This document shows positions 1 through 9,480 of a stretch of 64,000 nt of DNA, one piece after another. Each line of letters opens with the position of its first letter. Position 1 is the stretch's first letter. Made by a program: the position numbers and the translations under genes. The DNA comes from an uncultured Acidobacteriota bacterium (lineage in GTDB: Bacteria; Actinomycetota; Acidimicrobiia; Spongiisociales; ZC4RG35), in assembly GCA_963828465.1 (NCBI GenBank), contig CAWHEU010000013.1, positions 1 to 64,000 of the forward strand. Direction: 5' to 3'. The notes under the pieces are model-generated. The model saw nothing but the letters and a program-made list of their open reading frames with translations. It was not told where the DNA came from and did not search any database.

Positions 1-92
1 AAGCGATTGTGGGCATGTTGAAGGCGGTAGGATCGCCGCAGACTGAATCGTTGGCCGTCTGCAAGAGCCAACAAAACTAGAAAGGTGGCGTC

Positions 93-488
93 GTGCCCTT
101 AATGGATCTGTTCTGGAGCATGCTCTGGTTCTTCCTGTTCTTTGCCTGGATCTGGCTGCTCATCACGATCTTCGCTGACATCTTCCGCAGCGACGACTTG
201 AGCGGCTGGGGGAAGGCGTTCTGGACGATTTTCGTCGTGATCCTGCCTTGGCTCGGGGTCTTGATCTACCTGATCGCCCGTGGCGGCTCGATGCAGGAGC
301 GCGCCATGGCACAAGCGGTAGCGCAGGAGAAGGCCCAGCGAGAGTACATCCAGCAGGTGTCCGCTTCGAGCGGGGGGGCATCCTCTGCCTCCTCTGCCGA
401 TGAGCTGGAGAAGCTGGCCAAGTTGCAGAGCTCAGGTGTCATCACGGCCGAGGAATTCGCCGCTCAGAAGGCCAAGATCCTCGCCTAG
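93..488 (+). CDS. SHOCT-domain membrane protein with PLDc_N-like two-TM N-terminus
   Basis: Two hydrophobic helices (DIFRSDDLSGWGKAFW...PWLGVLIYLIARG); C-terminal ADELEKLAKL..GVITAEEFAAQKAKIL is SHOCT-like; RBS AAAGGTGG upstream. Confidence 0.85.
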   Translation: MPLMDLFWSMLWFFLFFAWIWLLITIFADIFRSDDLSGWGKAFWTIFVVILPWLGVLIYLIARGGSMQERAMAQAVAQEKAQREYIQQVSASSGGASSASSADELEKLAKLQSSGVITAEEFAAQKAKILA

Positions 489-498
489 AAGCCTACAT

Positions 499-530
499 CG
501 ATGCCCGGGTCCTTCAAGGCCCGGGCATCG
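499..530. terminator. GC-rich hairpin between convergent genes (probable bidirectional terminator)
   Basis: CGATGCCCGGG (499-509) / CCCGGGCATCG (520-530), perfect 11-bp inverted repeat. Confidence 0.7.
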
Positions 531-541
531 TCGCGTCCGGA

Positions 542-1165
542 TCAGCCGATCTCGTCGAGTGCGAGATTCAGCAGAAGGACGTTGACCCCCGGCTCGCCGA
601 GGAAGCCAAGGTCCCTGCCGTCGGTGTTGGCCTCGACCAGGTCCATGACCTGATCGAGGCCGAGACCCCGGTTGTCTGCGACCCTCTGCGCCTGGATTCT
701 GGCGTTGGCCAATGAGATGTGGGGGTCGAGCCCCGAGCTCGATGATGTGACGGCGTCCACTGGCACCGGTGCATCTGCGTCGAGCCCGTTCGTCTCTCGA
801 TAGGCGCGGACCAGGTCGTCGACACCGTTGGTCTCCGACTCGTCGACATCGGCGGTCTCCGGATCGTCCTTGCCGAAGAGGAACGTCTCGTTGGTCGGGC
901 CGTAGTTCGATCCGAAGCTGTAGCCGGGGCCGGGGGCATAGCCGGCAGCCGACGGCCGGGGATGGAAGTACTCGGGGGCCGCGAAGGGCTGACCGATCAA
1001 GGCCGACCCGAGCAGCTGCCCGTCACGTTCGACGAGGGAGCCGTTGGCCTTGTCTGCGAATAGCCCCTGAGCGATGCCGGTCACGACCAGCGGATAGGCG
1101 AGCCCGGTGATGATGGTGAAGACCACCAACATGCCGAGGGCGGGAAGAAGCTGTCTTCGCATCAT
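542..1165 (-). CDS. kdpC: K+-transporting ATPase subunit C
   Basis: [59 protein letters not shown]. Confidence 0.97.
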   Translation of the reverse strand: MMRRQLLPALGMLVVFTIITGLAYPLVVTGIAQGLFADKANGSLVERDGQLLGSALIGQPFAAPEYFHPRPSAAGYAPGPGYSFGSNYGPTNETFLFGKDDPETADVDESETNGVDDLVRAYRETNGLDADAPVPVDAVTSSSSGLDPHISLANARIQAQRVADNRGLGLDQVMDLVEANTDGRDLGFLGEPGVNVLLLNLALDEIG

Positions 1166-3246
1166 GAAACTCCAATTGCGACGATGAACAGGTCGACGAC
1201 CTTGATGCCGATGAACGGGGCGACGATCCCGCCGAGCCCGTAGATGAGGAGGTTGCGGCGCAGCATTTCGGCCGCACCCTCCGCCCGGAATCTCACGCCT
1301 CTCAGCGACAGGGGTATCAGCGCCACGATGATCAGGGCGTTGAAGATGACCGCCGACAAGATGGCCGATCGAGGCGTTGCCAGTTGCATCACGTTGAGTT
1401 GGTCGAGCACTGGGAACACCCCGGTGAACATGGCCGGGATGATGGCGAAGTACTTGGCGACGTCATTGGCCACCGAAAACGTGGTCAACGCGCCCCGGGT
1501 GATCAGCAATTGTTTGCCAATCTCGACGATCTCGATCAGCTTCGTCGGGTTCGAGTCGAGATCGACCATGTTGCCCGCTTCCTTGGCCGCCTGGGTCCCG
1601 GTGTTCATGGCCACCCCGACGTCGGCCTGGGCGAGGGCAGGGGCGTCGTTGGTCCCGTCGCCAGTCATGGCGACCAGGCGGCCACCGGCCTGCTCCCGAC
1701 GAATCAGCGCCATCTTGTCCTCGGGGGTGGCCTCAGCGAGGAAGTCGTCGACACCGGCTTCGGTCGAGATGGCCTTTGCCGTTAGAGGATTGTCACCTGT
1801 GATCATCACGGTGCGGATTCCCATGGCACGCAGCTGTTCGAAACGGGTGCGCATGCCCTCCTTGACCACGTCCTTGAGGTGGATTACGCCGAGAATGGTG
1901 ACCTCCGGTCCGCTTCCCTCGGCGACCACGAGGGGCGTTCCACCGGCCACTGCCACACCCTCGACCAGCGAGTCCAGCCCGGCCGGGATACTGCCGCCTT
2001 GCTCGGTGACCCATCGCTTGACGGCGTCGGCGGCACCCTTGCGCACGGTCTGGCCGTTCAGGTCGATGCCGCTCATCCGTGTCTGAGCCGTGAATGGAAC
2101 CAGGGAGGCCTTGGCGACGTCCCGCTCCCGGAGGTTGTACCGCTCTTTGGCCAGGACGACGATCGATCGTCCTTCAGGGGTCTCGTCGGCGAGACTGGCC
2201 AGCTGGGCGGCCGATGCCAGTCGCTCCTCCTCGATCCCGGGCAGGGCGAGAAACTCCGCCGCCTGGCGATTGCCCAGCGTGACCGTCCCTGTCTTGTCTA
2301 GGAGGAGAGTCGAGCAGTCCCCGGCCGCCTCGACCGCACGGCCCGACATCGCCAGCACGTTGTGCTGCACCAAGCGGTCCATGCCGGCGATGCCGATGGC
2401 GGAGAGCAGGGCGCCGATCGTCGTGGGGATGAGACAGACGAGGAGAGCCACCAGGACGATGACCTCCTGCTCCGCATTGGAATAGATGGCGAACGGCTGC
2501 AAGGTCACCGTTGCCAACAGGAAGATGATCGTGAGCACGGCCAGGAGGGTGTTGAGAGCGATCTCGTTCGGCGTTTTCTGACGATTTGCGCCTTCGACGA
2601 GCGCGATCATCCGGTCGAGGAAGGTTTCACCGGGGCGAGCCGTGATGCGCACCACGATCACGTCCGATAGGACTCGCGTCCCACCGGTCACGGCAGATCG
2701 GTCGCCACCGGCCTCCCGGATCACCGGCGCCGACTCGCCGGTTATGGCGGACTCATCCACCGAGGCGATGCCTTCGATGATCTCGCCATCCGAGGGGATC
2801 ATCTCGCCTGCCGAGACGATGACGACATCGTTGACCGTGAGCTTCGAGGATGGGACCTGCTCAATGGTCCCGTCCGACCGGCGGACATTGGCGATGGTCT
2901 CGGCCCTGGTCTTTCGCAATGCGGCGGCCTGAGCCTTGCCCCGGCCCTCGGCCATGGCCTCGGCGAAGTTGGCGAAGAGGACGGTGAACCACAACCACGC
3001 CGCGACCAATCCGGCGAAGAGGTTGTCCTCGGGCCTGGCGTCGGTCAGGTCTCGGAAGAAGATGAACGTGGTGAAGACGCTTCCGACCAGGACCACGAAC
3101 ATCACAGGATTTCGGGCCTGGACCCGTGGGTCGAGCTTGCGAAAACTGTCGACGATCGCCTGTCGCACAATGGCGGCCTCGAACAACGGCCGCTTACCGG
3201 TCCGGCGTCCGTCGGTCGTGGGTTCTAGTGATGTCAGGGTCTGCAT
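1162..3246 (-). CDS. kdpB: K+-transporting P-type ATPase subunit B
   Basis: DKTGT phosphorylation motif, [28 protein letters not shown]. Confidence 0.98.
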   Translation of the reverse strand: MQTLTSLEPTTDGRRTGKRPLFEAAIVRQAIVDSFRKLDPRVQARNPVMFVVLVGSVFTTFIFFRDLTDARPEDNLFAGLVAAWLWFTVLFANFAEAMAEGRGKAQAAALRKTRAETIANVRRSDGTIEQVPSSKLTVNDVVIVSAGEMIPSDGEIIEGIASVDESAITGESAPVIREAGGDRSAVTGGTRVLSDVIVVRITARPGETFLDRMIALVEGANRQKTPNEIALNTLLAVLTIIFLLATVTLQPFAIYSNAEQEVIVLVALLVCLIPTTIGALLSAIGIAGMDRLVQHNVLAMSGRAVEAAGDCSTLLLDKTGTVTLGNRQAAEFLALPGIEEERLASAAQLASLADETPEGRSIVVLAKERYNLRERDVAKASLVPFTAQTRMSGIDLNGQTVRKGAADAVKRWVTEQGGSIPAGLDSLVEGVAVAGGTPLVVAEGSGPEVTILGVIHLKDVVKEGMRTRFEQLRAMGIRTVMITGDNPLTAKAISTEAGVDDFLAEATPEDKMALIRREQAGGRLVAMTGDGTNDAPALAQADVGVAMNTGTQAAKEAGNMVDLDSNPTKLIEIVEIGKQLLITRGALTTFSVANDVAKYFAIIPAMFTGVFPVLDQLNVMQLATPRSAILSAVIFNALIIVALIPLSLRGVRFRAEGAAEMLRRNLLIYGLGGIVAPFIGIKVVDLFIVAIGVS

Positions 3247-3261
3247 TTGCTGGTGTTTCTC

Positions 3262-4980
3262 CTACAGGGAAAGCTGCTCGACGATCGGGCCCAGCGCCAG
3301 CGCAGGGAAGAAGGTGAGGCCGCCAACGATCAGGACGACCCCGATGACGAGGCCGACGAACAGCGGGGTGTGAGTGGGGAAGGTCCCGGTGGTGGCCGGC
3401 ATGACCTGCTTGCGGGCCAAAGCGCCGGCGATGCCGAGGACCGGGATGATCAGGAAGAAGCGGCCGATCAGCATGGCGATCCCCAGAGTCGTGTCCATCC
3501 AGTCCGTGGCGGCCGTGATCCCGGCGAAGGCCGATCCGTTGTTGTTTCCGGCGGACGTGAAGGCATAGAGGATCTCGGAGAGCCCATGTGGTCCTGGATT
3601 CCAAATGGTCGTGTTCAGCACCGAGTCGATGAACATCGAGGCGGCGGCGAACCCGAGGACAGCGGTGGGCATGGCCAGGATGTAGAGCGCAACCATTTTC
3701 ATCTCGCCCGCCTGGATCTTCTTGCCCAGGTATTCGGGTGTCCTCCCCACCATGAGCCCGGCGATGAACACCGAGAGGATCGCCATGATCAGCAGTCCGC
3801 TGAGACCCACTCCGACCCCGCCCGGGCTCACCTCGCCGAGCATCATGTGGGAGAGCGGGACCGCACCTCCCAATGGGGTGAAGCTGTCGTGCATGGAGTT
3901 CACCGAGCCGTTGGAGGTCCCGGTAGTGGAGGCTGCCCAAAGCCCGGAGGCGGCGGGGCCGAATCGGACCTCCTTGCCCTCGGCGTTTCCGCCCGCTTGG
4001 TCGGCGGTGGTCGCCTGCGCAGCACCGAGGGCCTCCAGACGCGGGTTGCCTCCGGCCTCGAGGCCCATGGCCAGGAGCGAGGTGCCGAGCCAGACGATGA
4101 ACATGATGGCGAAGATGGCCCGGCCCTGACGACGATCGTTGACCATGTCACCGAAGGTGAAGGCGAAGGCGAACGGGATCACGAGGATGGACCACATCTC
4201 CACGAAGTTGTTCAGCTGGGTCGAGTTCTCGAACGGATGAGACGAGTTGACGTTGAAGAACCCGCCGCCATTGGTGCCCAGCTGCTTGATAGCGATCTGG
4301 CTAGCGACCGGACCGCCCGGGATGAGTTGTTCGGCTCCTGCCTCCACCGTCTGAGCCGCCGTGAAGCCCTCGAAGTTCTGAATGACTCCCTGACTCACCA
4401 GGACGATCGCGATAAGGAGGGACAGGGGGAGGAGGATGCGGGTGGTCGAGCGGGTGAGATCGACCCAGAAGTTGCCTATCGTCCATGCCCGCCGCCGTGA
4501 GATGCCTCGGATCAGGGCAGCCACGGTGGCCATGCCGGCCGCAGCAGACACGAAATTCTGGACCGCGAGTCCGGTCATCTGGGTGAGATGGCTCATGGTT
4601 GCCTCGCCCCCATACGACTGCCAGTTGGTGTTGGTCATGAAGCTGACCGCGGTGTTGAACGAGAGATGGGGGACGACGGCCGGCATGTCTGTCGGGTTGA
4701 AAGGCAGTGAGCCCTGGAATCGCTGCAGTCCGTACAGGGCAAGGAAAGAGACGATGCTGAAGCCGAGCAGCGAGTAGGCGTAGGCGGTCCATCGCTGCTC
4801 ACGGGTGGGGTCGATGCGACACACCCGGTAGATCAGCCGTTCGATCGGGAGGAAGAAGCGATCCCCCGGCGAGTGCTCGAGATCCCCATAGATCCGTGCC
4901 ATGTATCGGCCGATCGGCACTGCGGTCACGAGGACCACCGCGATGAGTACGACGAGCTGTAGCCAGCTTGCGGCGGACAT
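3262..4980 (-). CDS. kdpA: K+-transporting ATPase subunit A
   Basis: [43 protein letters not shown] filter motifs. Confidence 0.98.
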   Translation of the reverse strand: MSAASWLQLVVLIAVVLVTAVPIGRYMARIYGDLEHSPGDRFFLPIERLIYRVCRIDPTREQRWTAYAYSLLGFSIVSFLALYGLQRFQGSLPFNPTDMPAVVPHLSFNTAVSFMTNTNWQSYGGEATMSHLTQMTGLAVQNFVSAAAGMATVAALIRGISRRRAWTIGNFWVDLTRSTTRILLPLSLLIAIVLVSQGVIQNFEGFTAAQTVEAGAEQLIPGGPVASQIAIKQLGTNGGGFFNVNSSHPFENSTQLNNFVEMWSILVIPFAFAFTFGDMVNDRRQGRAIFAIMFIVWLGTSLLAMGLEAGGNPRLEALGAAQATTADQAGGNAEGKEVRFGPAASGLWAASTTGTSNGSVNSMHDSFTPLGGAVPLSHMMLGEVSPGGVGVGLSGLLIMAILSVFIAGLMVGRTPEYLGKKIQAGEMKMVALYILAMPTAVLGFAAASMFIDSVLNTTIWNPGPHGLSEILYAFTSAGNNNGSAFAGITAATDWMDTTLGIAMLIGRFFLIIPVLGIAGALARKQVMPATTGTFPTHTPLFVGLVIGVVLIVGGLTFFPALALGPIVEQLSL

Positions 4981-5069
4981 CAGAACTTCTCGGGGAACAG
5001 GAGGGCAGCGACGAGGAAACCGGCGAGCAGGACGGCGATAACCAGGCCGACGATGTTGTCGACGCTCAT
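4980..5069 (-). CDS. kdpF: KdpF, 29-aa subunit ([29 protein letters not shown])
   Basis: Single hydrophobic helix ending in PEKF; stop overlaps kdpA start; ATG at 5069. Confidence 0.93.
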   Translation of the reverse strand: MSVDNIVGLVIAVLLAGFLVAALLFPEKF

Positions 5070-5212
5070 GAGGTCAGCACCTCCTGGGGTTCCGTCTGAA
5101 CTTCCTCTTCGGCCTCCTCGGCGGCCCGGACGATGCGGTCCAGACCGCGCACATAAGCCACGCACAGCCCGAAGAAGGCGATGGCGGCGGCGATGAATGC
5201 GATATCAGACAT
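5066..5212 (-). CDS. 48-aa small membrane protein upstream of kdpF (absent from ORF track)
   Basis: Manual translation [48 protein letters not shown]; GC3-rich codons; TGA overlaps kdpF ATG (ATGA). Confidence 0.8.
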   Translation of the reverse strand: MSDIAFIAAAIAFFGLCVAYVRGLDRIVRAAEEAEEEVQTEPQEVLTS

Positions 5213-5252
5213 GGGCACAGGTGTACATCCACGCTCGGGCTTTGGGAGCGGT

Positions 5253-5404
5253 CTTGACGGGTTCCTATCGGGCGAACTGGCCGGTTTGACCGGCCCTTAG
5301 CGCGAGGCCGTGCGCCGTCACCAGAAGAGGCTCGCCGTCCGGGTCACCCGTCCTCGCTAGCGCAGCGTTGGGAAGCGAGGGGGGCCCGCTAGGAACGCGT
5401 TAGG
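5253..5404. promoter_or_regulatory. Candidate KdpE boxes: four tandem heptamer pairs in the divergent promoter
   Basis: CTTGACG-N4-CCTATCG (5253-5270), TTTGACC-N4-CTTAGCG (5285-5302); opposite orientation CGCTAGC-N4-CGTTGGG (5355-5372), CGCTAGG-N4-CGTTAGG (5387-5404). Confidence 0.55.
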
Positions 5405-5487
5405 CGAGAAGCGATAGACCGTTTGCCGTCGTAGCTTGGGAAAGGACGCGAACATATGGAAAAGAGAATTACCCGGAGATCGAAGCG

Positions 5488-5691
5488 ATGCAACTGCGTA
5501 TCGACCTGATCCCTCTGGCCGGCGCCATCGTGTTGATGTCGGCATCGACCACGATGGCAGTGGTTCTCATTCGGAGCATGAACCGGGCGCCGGGGGAGGC
5601 CGCCCCGTTGGGGACGACCATGGGTCTGGCTCTCGTAGTCGCAATCTGGCTCATCGGTCTCGCTCTCCTCTTCCAAGGACTGTTCGAATGA
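5488..5691 (+). CDS. 67-aa two-TM hypothetical protein, first gene of the kdpDE operon
   Basis: Two hydrophobic segments; GGAG upstream; ATGA overlap with next gene. Confidence 0.65.
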   Translation: MQLRIDLIPLAGAIVLMSASTTMAVVLIRSMNRAPGEAAPLGTTMGLALVVAIWLIGLALLFQGLFE

Positions 5692-6077
5692 GCACCAGTC
5701 AGGCAGGCCCCGCCACGGACAACACCGGCGCGCTCATGCTCATCGGCCGAGCCCTGCTTGGGATCGTCATCGGCACGGCGGCTGCTTGGGCATTCGTGCC
5801 GGCCGAGACGGCTCAGGCCGTCATCGCCATCGCCCTTCCCTTGGTGGCGGCCCTGACGGCGTGGTACGGAGGAAGGGAGATGGGAGCGGCGGCAGCGATC
5901 GCCGCGGCCCTCTGGTTCGGCTACGCCCACACCGAACCCCGCTTCCAGACTGAGATCGCCGCCCGGGCCGATGTGATCCTCACCCTCGCCGTGCTCGTCG
6001 TCGGCATCCTCGCCAGCGAGCTCGCCGATGCCCGGCATCGGCTACGACGGTTGCGCGGCGATACCGTGAAGAGGTGA
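5688..6077 (+). CDS. Stand-alone DUF4118-like (KdpD TM-domain-like) membrane protein
   Basis: ATG at 5688; about 4 TM helices; WFGYAHTEPRFQTEI parallels KdpD NWFFTPPVRSWTI; GTGA overlap with kdpD. Confidence 0.7.
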   Translation: MSTSQAGPATDNTGALMLIGRALLGIVIGTAAAWAFVPAETAQAVIAIALPLVAALTAWYGGREMGAAAAIAAALWFGYAHTEPRFQTEIAARADVILTLAVLVVGILASELADARHRLRRLRGDTVKR

Positions 6078-8605
6078 GCACGGGCAAACTGAGGGTGTTC
6101 CTGGGGGCTGCACCCGGTGTGGGCAAGACCTATGCCATGCTCGAAGAGGGACATCGTCTGCGAACCCTGGGCAAGGACGTGGTGATCGCCTATGTCGAAC
6201 CGCACGCCCGCACCGACACTATCGCCATGATCGGCGACCTGGAGATCGTCCCCCGACAACCGATGGAGTATCGGGGTTCGACATTCGAGGAGATGGACCT
6301 GGACGCTGTCCTGCGACGGGCTCCTCAGGTTGCCCTGGTCGACGAGCTGGCCCACACCAACATCCCGGGCTCACCAAACGGGAAACGATGGCAGGATGTT
6401 GATGCGTTGCTCGAAGCCGGTATCGACGTCTTGAGCACCCTCAACATCCAACATCTCGAATCGCTCAACGATGTCGTGTTCGAGATAACCGACATCGTTC
6501 AACGGGAGACGATTCCCGATGAGGTGGTGCGCCGCGCCAGCGAGATCGAGCTCGTCGACCTGACCCAGGAGGGCATCCGCGAGCGGATGGCTTCGGGCAA
6601 GATCTATCCGGCGGAGAGAATCGACGCCGCCCTCGGCAACTACTTCCGGCCCGGCAACCTGGGGGCGTTACGCGAGCTGGCCCTGTCCTGGACCGCCGAA
6701 CGGGTGGACGAGGCGGTGGCCAAGTACCGGAGCCTCCACGGCATCGACAGCCAATGGGAGACGAGGGAACGCGTCGTGGTCGCCATGGCCGGAGCGGTCG
6801 GGGGAGACGACATCGTCAGGAGGGCGGCGCGACTCGCCATGCGCTCTCGCGCCGACCTGCTCGGGGTGTTCGTCCGGCCCACCGATGGCCTCACCGACGA
6901 CACCAGCCTCGCCCTCGCCGCCCAGATCCAGTTGCTGCAGAGCCTCGGTGGGAGATATCACGAAGTCGTTGGCGACGACGTCGCCTCATCTCTCATCGCC
7001 TTCGCCAAGGGCGAGAACGCCACCCAGCTGGTACTCGGCGCCACACGACGCTCCCGACTTCAGGAGCTCATGGGTGGCTCACCAGTGGCGCGGGTTGTCC
7101 GCAAGGCAGGCGACATCGACATCCATGTCATCTCGTACGAGGGCGCCAGGCCGAGACGGTTCCGGCAACAGTCGCGCCAACTCCTGAGCCCGGCGCGGCG
7201 CCTCTCTTCCTGGGCCTTTGCCATCTTGGGGCCACCGCTGATCACCTGGGCGCTCCTCACCTGGTTCGACGCCCCGCTCCACAACGTCCTTCTGGTCTAT
7301 CTCCTTGCGGCGGTGGGCGCCGGTGTCCTCGGTGGCGCTCTTCCCGCCGCGGTCACAGCCATCTCCGGGTTCTTCCTTGCCAACTGGTTCTTCACGCCCC
7401 CGGTTCGGTCGTGGACCATCAACAGCGCCGACAACCTCTTCTCCCTTTTCGCCTTCCTGTTTGTCTCGTTGGTGGTGGGCCTCCTCGTCGGGCTGTCCAG
7501 CCGCCGCACCGCCGAGGCGCGGCGGGCCAGGGCCCAGGCCGAGGCCCTGGCTGCCACGGCCGCCGGAGGGCACCCGGTCTTCGGCACAGACGAACGGGGC
7601 CTGGTGCGCCGGATCAGGGAGACCTTCGGTCTGGAGGCGGCCAGCGTCCTCAGGCGCGAAGGGGATTCGTGGGTGACCCTGGCCTGGGACGGTGACGTCG
7701 TCCTCGACCGGCCCGACAAGGGGAGCGAGATCATCGATCTGACCGGCGGCGCGGTGCTTGTGATCCTCGACGGGCAACTGACGACCGACGATCGTGCCGT
7801 TCTTCGAGCCTTCGCCGCCCAGATCGTCCAGGCTTTGGAAAGGGAGGAGTTGGAGCGGGAAGCGGGATCGGCCGAGGCGATGGCCGAGACCGATCGTCTG
7901 CGCACGGCTCTCCTCGGGGCGGTATCCCACGATCTGAGGACGCCCCTCGCCACCATCAAGGCATCGGTGACCAGTTTGCTCGAGACCGGTGTCGAGTGGA
8001 CTCCGGATCAGACGTCGGCCTTTCTGCGGGCAATCCTCGAGGAGACAGAGAGGTTGGATCGGCTCGTGGGACGACTGCTCGACGCCAGCAGGGTCCAGGT
8101 CGGGGCGGTCCACGTCTTCTTCCGGCCCGTCGGTCTCGATGAGGTGGTCGCAGCCGCGCTCGGCGGGCTGGGGACGGGCCGAGAAAGGGTCATCGTCGAC
8201 ATCCCGGAATCGCTGCCCGAAGTCCAGACCGATCCAGCTCTGTTGGAGAGAGCCGTGGCCAATCTGATCGAGAATGCGTTGATCTGGTCCCCGGGCACCG
8301 AATCGGTGAGAGTGAGCGCAGGTGAGATCGCCCACCGCATCGACCTCCGGATCACCGATCGGGGGCCCGGCATCCCTCTGGACTCGCGTGACGCCGTCTT
8401 CCAGCCGTTCCAACGGCTCGGTGACTCACCGAGGAGTGAGGGCGTCGGGCTCGGGTTGGCAGTGTCCCAGGGCCTGCTCGAGGCGATGGGCAACGAGCTG
8501 ATCATCGAGGACACACCCGGAGGTGGCACCACGATGGTCATCGGGTTCAAGATCGCCGGGCCAATCGACATCCCGGGCCCGCTGCCGACGGAGGCTCATG
8601 TCTAG
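6074..8605 (+). CDS. kdpD: Sensor histidine kinase KdpD
   Basis: GKLRVFLGAAPGVGKTYAML, VDELAHTN, Usp region, TM block, SHDLRTPL, GVGLGL. Confidence 0.97.
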   Translation: MSTGKLRVFLGAAPGVGKTYAMLEEGHRLRTLGKDVVIAYVEPHARTDTIAMIGDLEIVPRQPMEYRGSTFEEMDLDAVLRRAPQVALVDELAHTNIPGSPNGKRWQDVDALLEAGIDVLSTLNIQHLESLNDVVFEITDIVQRETIPDEVVRRASEIELVDLTQEGIRERMASGKIYPAERIDAALGNYFRPGNLGALRELALSWTAERVDEAVAKYRSLHGIDSQWETRERVVVAMAGAVGGDDIVRRAARLAMRSRADLLGVFVRPTDGLTDDTSLALAAQIQLLQSLGGRYHEVVGDDVASSLIAFAKGENATQLVLGATRRSRLQELMGGSPVARVVRKAGDIDIHVISYEGARPRRFRQQSRQLLSPARRLSSWAFAILGPPLITWALLTWFDAPLHNVLLVYLLAAVGAGVLGGALPAAVTAISGFFLANWFFTPPVRSWTINSADNLFSLFAFLFVSLVVGLLVGLSSRRTAEARRARAQAEALAATAAGGHPVFGTDERGLVRRIRETFGLEAASVLRREGDSWVTLAWDGDVVLDRPDKGSEIIDLTGGAVLVILDGQLTTDDRAVLRAFAAQIVQALEREELEREAGSAEAMAETDRLRTALLGAVSHDLRTPLATIKASVTSLLETGVEWTPDQTSAFLRAILEETERLDRLVGRLLDASRVQVGAVHVFFRPVGLDEVVAAALGGLGTGRERVIVDIPESLPEVQTDPALLERAVANLIENALIWSPGTESVRVSAGEIAHRIDLRITDRGPGIPLDSRDAVFQPFQRLGDSPRSEGVGLGLAVSQGLLEAMGNELIIEDTPGGGTTMVIGFKIAGPIDIPGPLPTEAHV

Positions 8606-9311
8606 CGAAGCCCGGATCCTTTTGGTCGATGACGAGCCGCAGATCCTGCGTGCCCTGGCCATCAATCTGAAGGCACTCCGCTACCAGATAGAGACCGCCC
8701 AGAGCGGCGAAGAGGCTCTGCAGAAAGCGGCTGCCAACAGACCCGATGCCGTGATCCTCGATCTCGGGCTCCCCGGGATCGACGGCGTCGATGTGATCCG
8801 GGGTCTGCGCGGCTGGTCTGACGTCCCGATCATCGTGCTGACGGTTCGGGAGGCGGAGCGGGACAAGATCCTGGCCCTCGACGCCGGCGCCGACGACTAC
8901 GTGACCAAGCCATTCGGCATGGGGGAGCTCCTGGCCCGTCTGCGGGCGGCGTTGCGACGGGCGGCGCCCGACGATTCGGATGCCCCAATCATCACGACTC
9001 CGGATTTCACCATCGATCTGTCGGCGAAGCGCGTGCTCGGTGCCGACAATGCCGAAGTGCGACTCACCCCGACCGAGTGGGGAATTGTCGAAGTGCTGGT
9101 GCGAAATCACGGGAAACTGGTGAGCCAGACCCAATTGCTCCACGAGGTGTGGGGACCCCAATATGGGGAGGAGACCAACTATTTGCGGGTGTTCATGGCC
9201 CAGGTGAGGCGGAAGCTCGAGCCCCAACCGGGGGTGCCGCGCTACTTCATCACCGAGCCGGGAATGGGCTATCGATTCGAATTGCCCGAGCCCGGGGAAA
9301 AAGTTGTTTGA
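8598..9311 (+). CDS. kdpE: Response regulator KdpE (OmpR family)
   Basis: ILLVDDE, ILDLGLP, ADDYVTKPF, YLRVFMAQVRRKLE, TEPGMGYRF; ATG 8598. Confidence 0.96.
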   Translation: MSSEARILLVDDEPQILRALAINLKALRYQIETAQSGEEALQKAAANRPDAVILDLGLPGIDGVDVIRGLRGWSDVPIIVLTVREAERDKILALDAGADDYVTKPFGMGELLARLRAALRRAAPDDSDAPIITTPDFTIDLSAKRVLGADNAEVRLTPTEWGIVEVLVRNHGKLVSQTQLLHEVWGPQYGEETNYLRVFMAQVRRKLEPQPGVPRYFITEPGMGYRFELPEPGEKVV

Positions 9312-9343
9312 GGTTCGGCGAGCCGGGGTATGAGGGCGGCCTT

Positions 9344-9442
9344 GGAAAGTCAAGTTGTGGGACGGACCTGGAAACCCGCTCCCGCCTCCCTCGGCGAGCA
9401 ATAGCCCCACCCCGCCCGGTCCGTCCCGCTTCTTGACCTTCC
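9344..9442 (+). ncRNA. Candidate structured sRNA or repeat hairpin with C-rich loops
   Basis: 25-bp imperfect inverted repeat (9344-9368 / 9418-9442) enclosing an inner hairpin 9378-9399 with a CCTCCCT loop. Confidence 0.4.
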
Positions 9443-9480
9443 GACACCTCCGGTTCCCACCGACCACTCGTCAGTAGTCG

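Noticed and set aside
71-80. preQ1-I riboswitch suggested by the AAAACTAG tail
   Set aside because: Loop lacks the complementary preQ1 consensus and the downstream gene is unrelated to queuosine; kept only as a generic pseudoknot
5213-5487. c-di-AMP (ydaO) riboswitch upstream of kdp
   Set aside because: Could not find the conserved ydaO sequence blocks; the region is better explained by tandem regulator boxes
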